Of a stretch of 27,746 nucleotides of DNA, positions 26,870 to 27,746 are shown piece by piece; the stretch's first letter is position 1, and each line of letters opens with the position of its first letter. Source of the stretch: a virus (lineage: Duplodnaviria > Caudoviricetes); IMG/VR virus record IMGVR_UViG_3300043218_000107, positions 1 through 27,746 of that record; one strand, written 5' to 3'. Both the position numbers and the translations under genes were made by a program. The notes below the pieces were generated by a model that saw nothing but the letters and a program-made list of their open reading frames with translations, was not told the origin of the DNA and did not search any database.

Positions 26870-27136
26870 ATGACTGATTTTCGAAATCTTCCGAACGGGG
26901 ATAAATATGCACCACAAAGAGGACGACCACCGGAAGAGCCTAATGGATATTGCAGGGATGGAAGAGACCCGTTCCTCTTCCACCCTATTCTTTACGCTTG
27001 CATATATCGTGTTCCTTACACTGAACACTTCGATTGCGGTCGGATTATTGGTCATACATTTTGTGATCACTTTGAAAAAGATATTACTGGAGGAGATTGT
27101 CACAAATGTCTAATCCCGAATTTACAATCCCGATAA
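26870..27136 (+). CDS. Small Cys/His-rich protein, possibly metal-binding
   Basis: ATG 26870, 88 aa with six Cys including a C-terminal CHKC. Confidence 0.55.
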   Translation: MTDFRNLPNGDKYAPQRGRPPEEPNGYCRDGRDPFLFHPILYACIYRVPYTEHFDCGRIIGHTFCDHFEKDITGGDCHKCLIPNLQSR

Positions 27137-27154
27137 GGGAAAAGGATTATATAG

Positions 27155-27352
27155 ATGCCACAACGAAAAAGAAAAAGCGGTGGAAAGAAATGGATTCAAG
27201 GTGCAATCAAAAACCCAGGTTCCTTGACCCGCACGGCAAAAGGGAAAGGGATGTCAATAGCAGCGTTTTGCGCCCAGCCAAAAAGTAAGCTGAGCGCAAC
27301 AAGTAAACGTCGCTGAAATTTACGAAAAACCCTGGTAGGGTTTAAGAAATAA
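27155..27352 (+). CDS. Small highly basic protein with in-frame TGA at codon 54 (candidate selenoprotein, 65 aa; 53 aa if TGA is a stop)
   Basis: AAGGA RBS. Translates as MPQRKRKSGGKKWIQGAIKNPGSLTRTAKGKGMSIAAFCAQPKSKLSATSKRR-TGA-NLRKTLVGFKK-TAA, with a hairpin whose loop begins 17 nt after the TGA. Confidence 0.65.
27325..27343. promoter_or_regulatory. Hairpin: SECIS-like on + strand and/or intrinsic terminator on - strand
   Basis: AAACCCT-GGT-AGGGTTT at 27327-27343. On the - strand it ends in TTTTT right at the exonuclease stop. Confidence 0.55.
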
Positions 27353-27746
27353 GACCACCTGAGATTAGATGCTTGTAGACTTTAGCGGTAGCAATACAAT
27401 CGCTTAAAGCATCATGCGCTCGTTCTGTTTTAATTTTTAATGTGGAGCAAAGATATTGAAGTCCTGTTTTTGAAAATGGGACTTTTTCTGCGTGCATAGC
27501 AGCTTTATCATTTAAACAGTTAGCATAGATCATTGTGTCGCGGTAATGATAATAAAACCACTGGTCATATAATTCTCGTCCCAACCATCCCATTATAAAA
27601 CCTCGATCAAAAGTATAGTTATGGCCAAGTGGGACAATATTTTTTGAACGACCATAAGTTGTTACTGGAAGCCCTAATTTATTAATCCAATCATCAAGCA
27701 TATCAATAGCTTTGATTCTATCAAATCCGCTTTTCATAAGTTCCGG
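27342..27746 (-). CDS. DEDDh 3'-5' exonuclease (DnaQ/Pol III epsilon-like), N-terminus outside window
   Basis: ExoII motif GHNYTFDRGF, RDT and ExoIII motif AHDALSDC. The frame stays open to the window edge and the ExoI motif is missing. Confidence 0.88.
   Translation of the reverse strand, partial: PELMKSGFDRIKAIDMLDDWINKLGLPVTTYGRSKNIVPLGHNYTFDRGFIMGWLGRELYDQWFYYHYRDTMIYANCLNDKAAMHAEKVPFSKTGLQYLCSTLKIKTERAHDALSDCIATAKVYKHLISGGLIS

Larger units (their letters stand above)
1560..26888. repeat. Dispersed palindrome GATTY-NNN-RAATC (about 20 copies)
   Basis: Manual scan; 13-mer starts at 1560, 2313, 3958, 6068, 7824, 8522, 9342, 10170, 11993, 12437, 13135, 15876, 17603, 19959, 21047, 21225, 23638, 24646, 25561 and 26876, plus GATTGGTGGAATC at 20091. 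Confidence 0.8.

Noticed and set aside
1560-26888. Palindrome interpreted as an FNR box, Fur box or CRISPR repeat
   Set aside because: Spacing differs from FNR (TTGAT-N4-ATCAA) and inner bases differ from Fur (TGATAATNATTATCA). Copies are kilobases apart, not arrayed with spacers.
27097-27288. 63-aa ORF from the track
   Set aside because: It overlaps the better-supported ORF at 27155, which has an RBS and coherent composition, and also the 26870-27136 gene.
27137-27341. tRNA or other structured ncRNA in the apparent intergenic gap
   Set aside because: No cloverleaf or T-loop consensus is visible, and the gap is accounted for by the small basic ORF.
1-27746. Genome-wide alternative genetic code (TGA as Trp or Gly)
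   Set aside because: Many genes end in TGA with tight ATGA/TGATG coupling, Trp is encoded by TGG, and coding density is already complete under code 11.

Overview
The window is the virion-morphogenesis region of a tailed dsDNA phage or prophage with siphovirus-like gene order, almost all on the + strand. In order: terminase large subunit (5'-truncated), portal, adaptor, scaffold, P22-coat-like major capsid, head-tail joining genes, tail tube, tail assembly chaperone, tape measure, minor tail genes, two tandem-duplicated beta-rich adhesin-like genes, a trypsin-like serine protease, a large tail-tip protein and a membrane/lysis-like cluster. A convergent DEDDh exonuclease runs off the right edge. 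Five signals are not visible in the ORF track. (1) A small basic ORF (27155-27352) has an in-frame TGA followed by a bacterial SECIS-like hairpin, making it a candidate phage selenoprotein. (2) A palindrome GATTY-N3-RAATC occurs about 20 times across the window. (3) Portal, scaffold, capsid and tail tube share an N-terminal W-x-P-[VI]-F motif, a possible maturation cleavage or targeting signal, while the head module has no prohead protease. (4) A probable -1 frameshift with a stimulatory hairpin extends the tail-tip protein by about 443 aa. (5) The tail chaperone has the canonical -1 frameshift. All family assignments come from motif recognition and gene order, not database searches, and all counts are manual.
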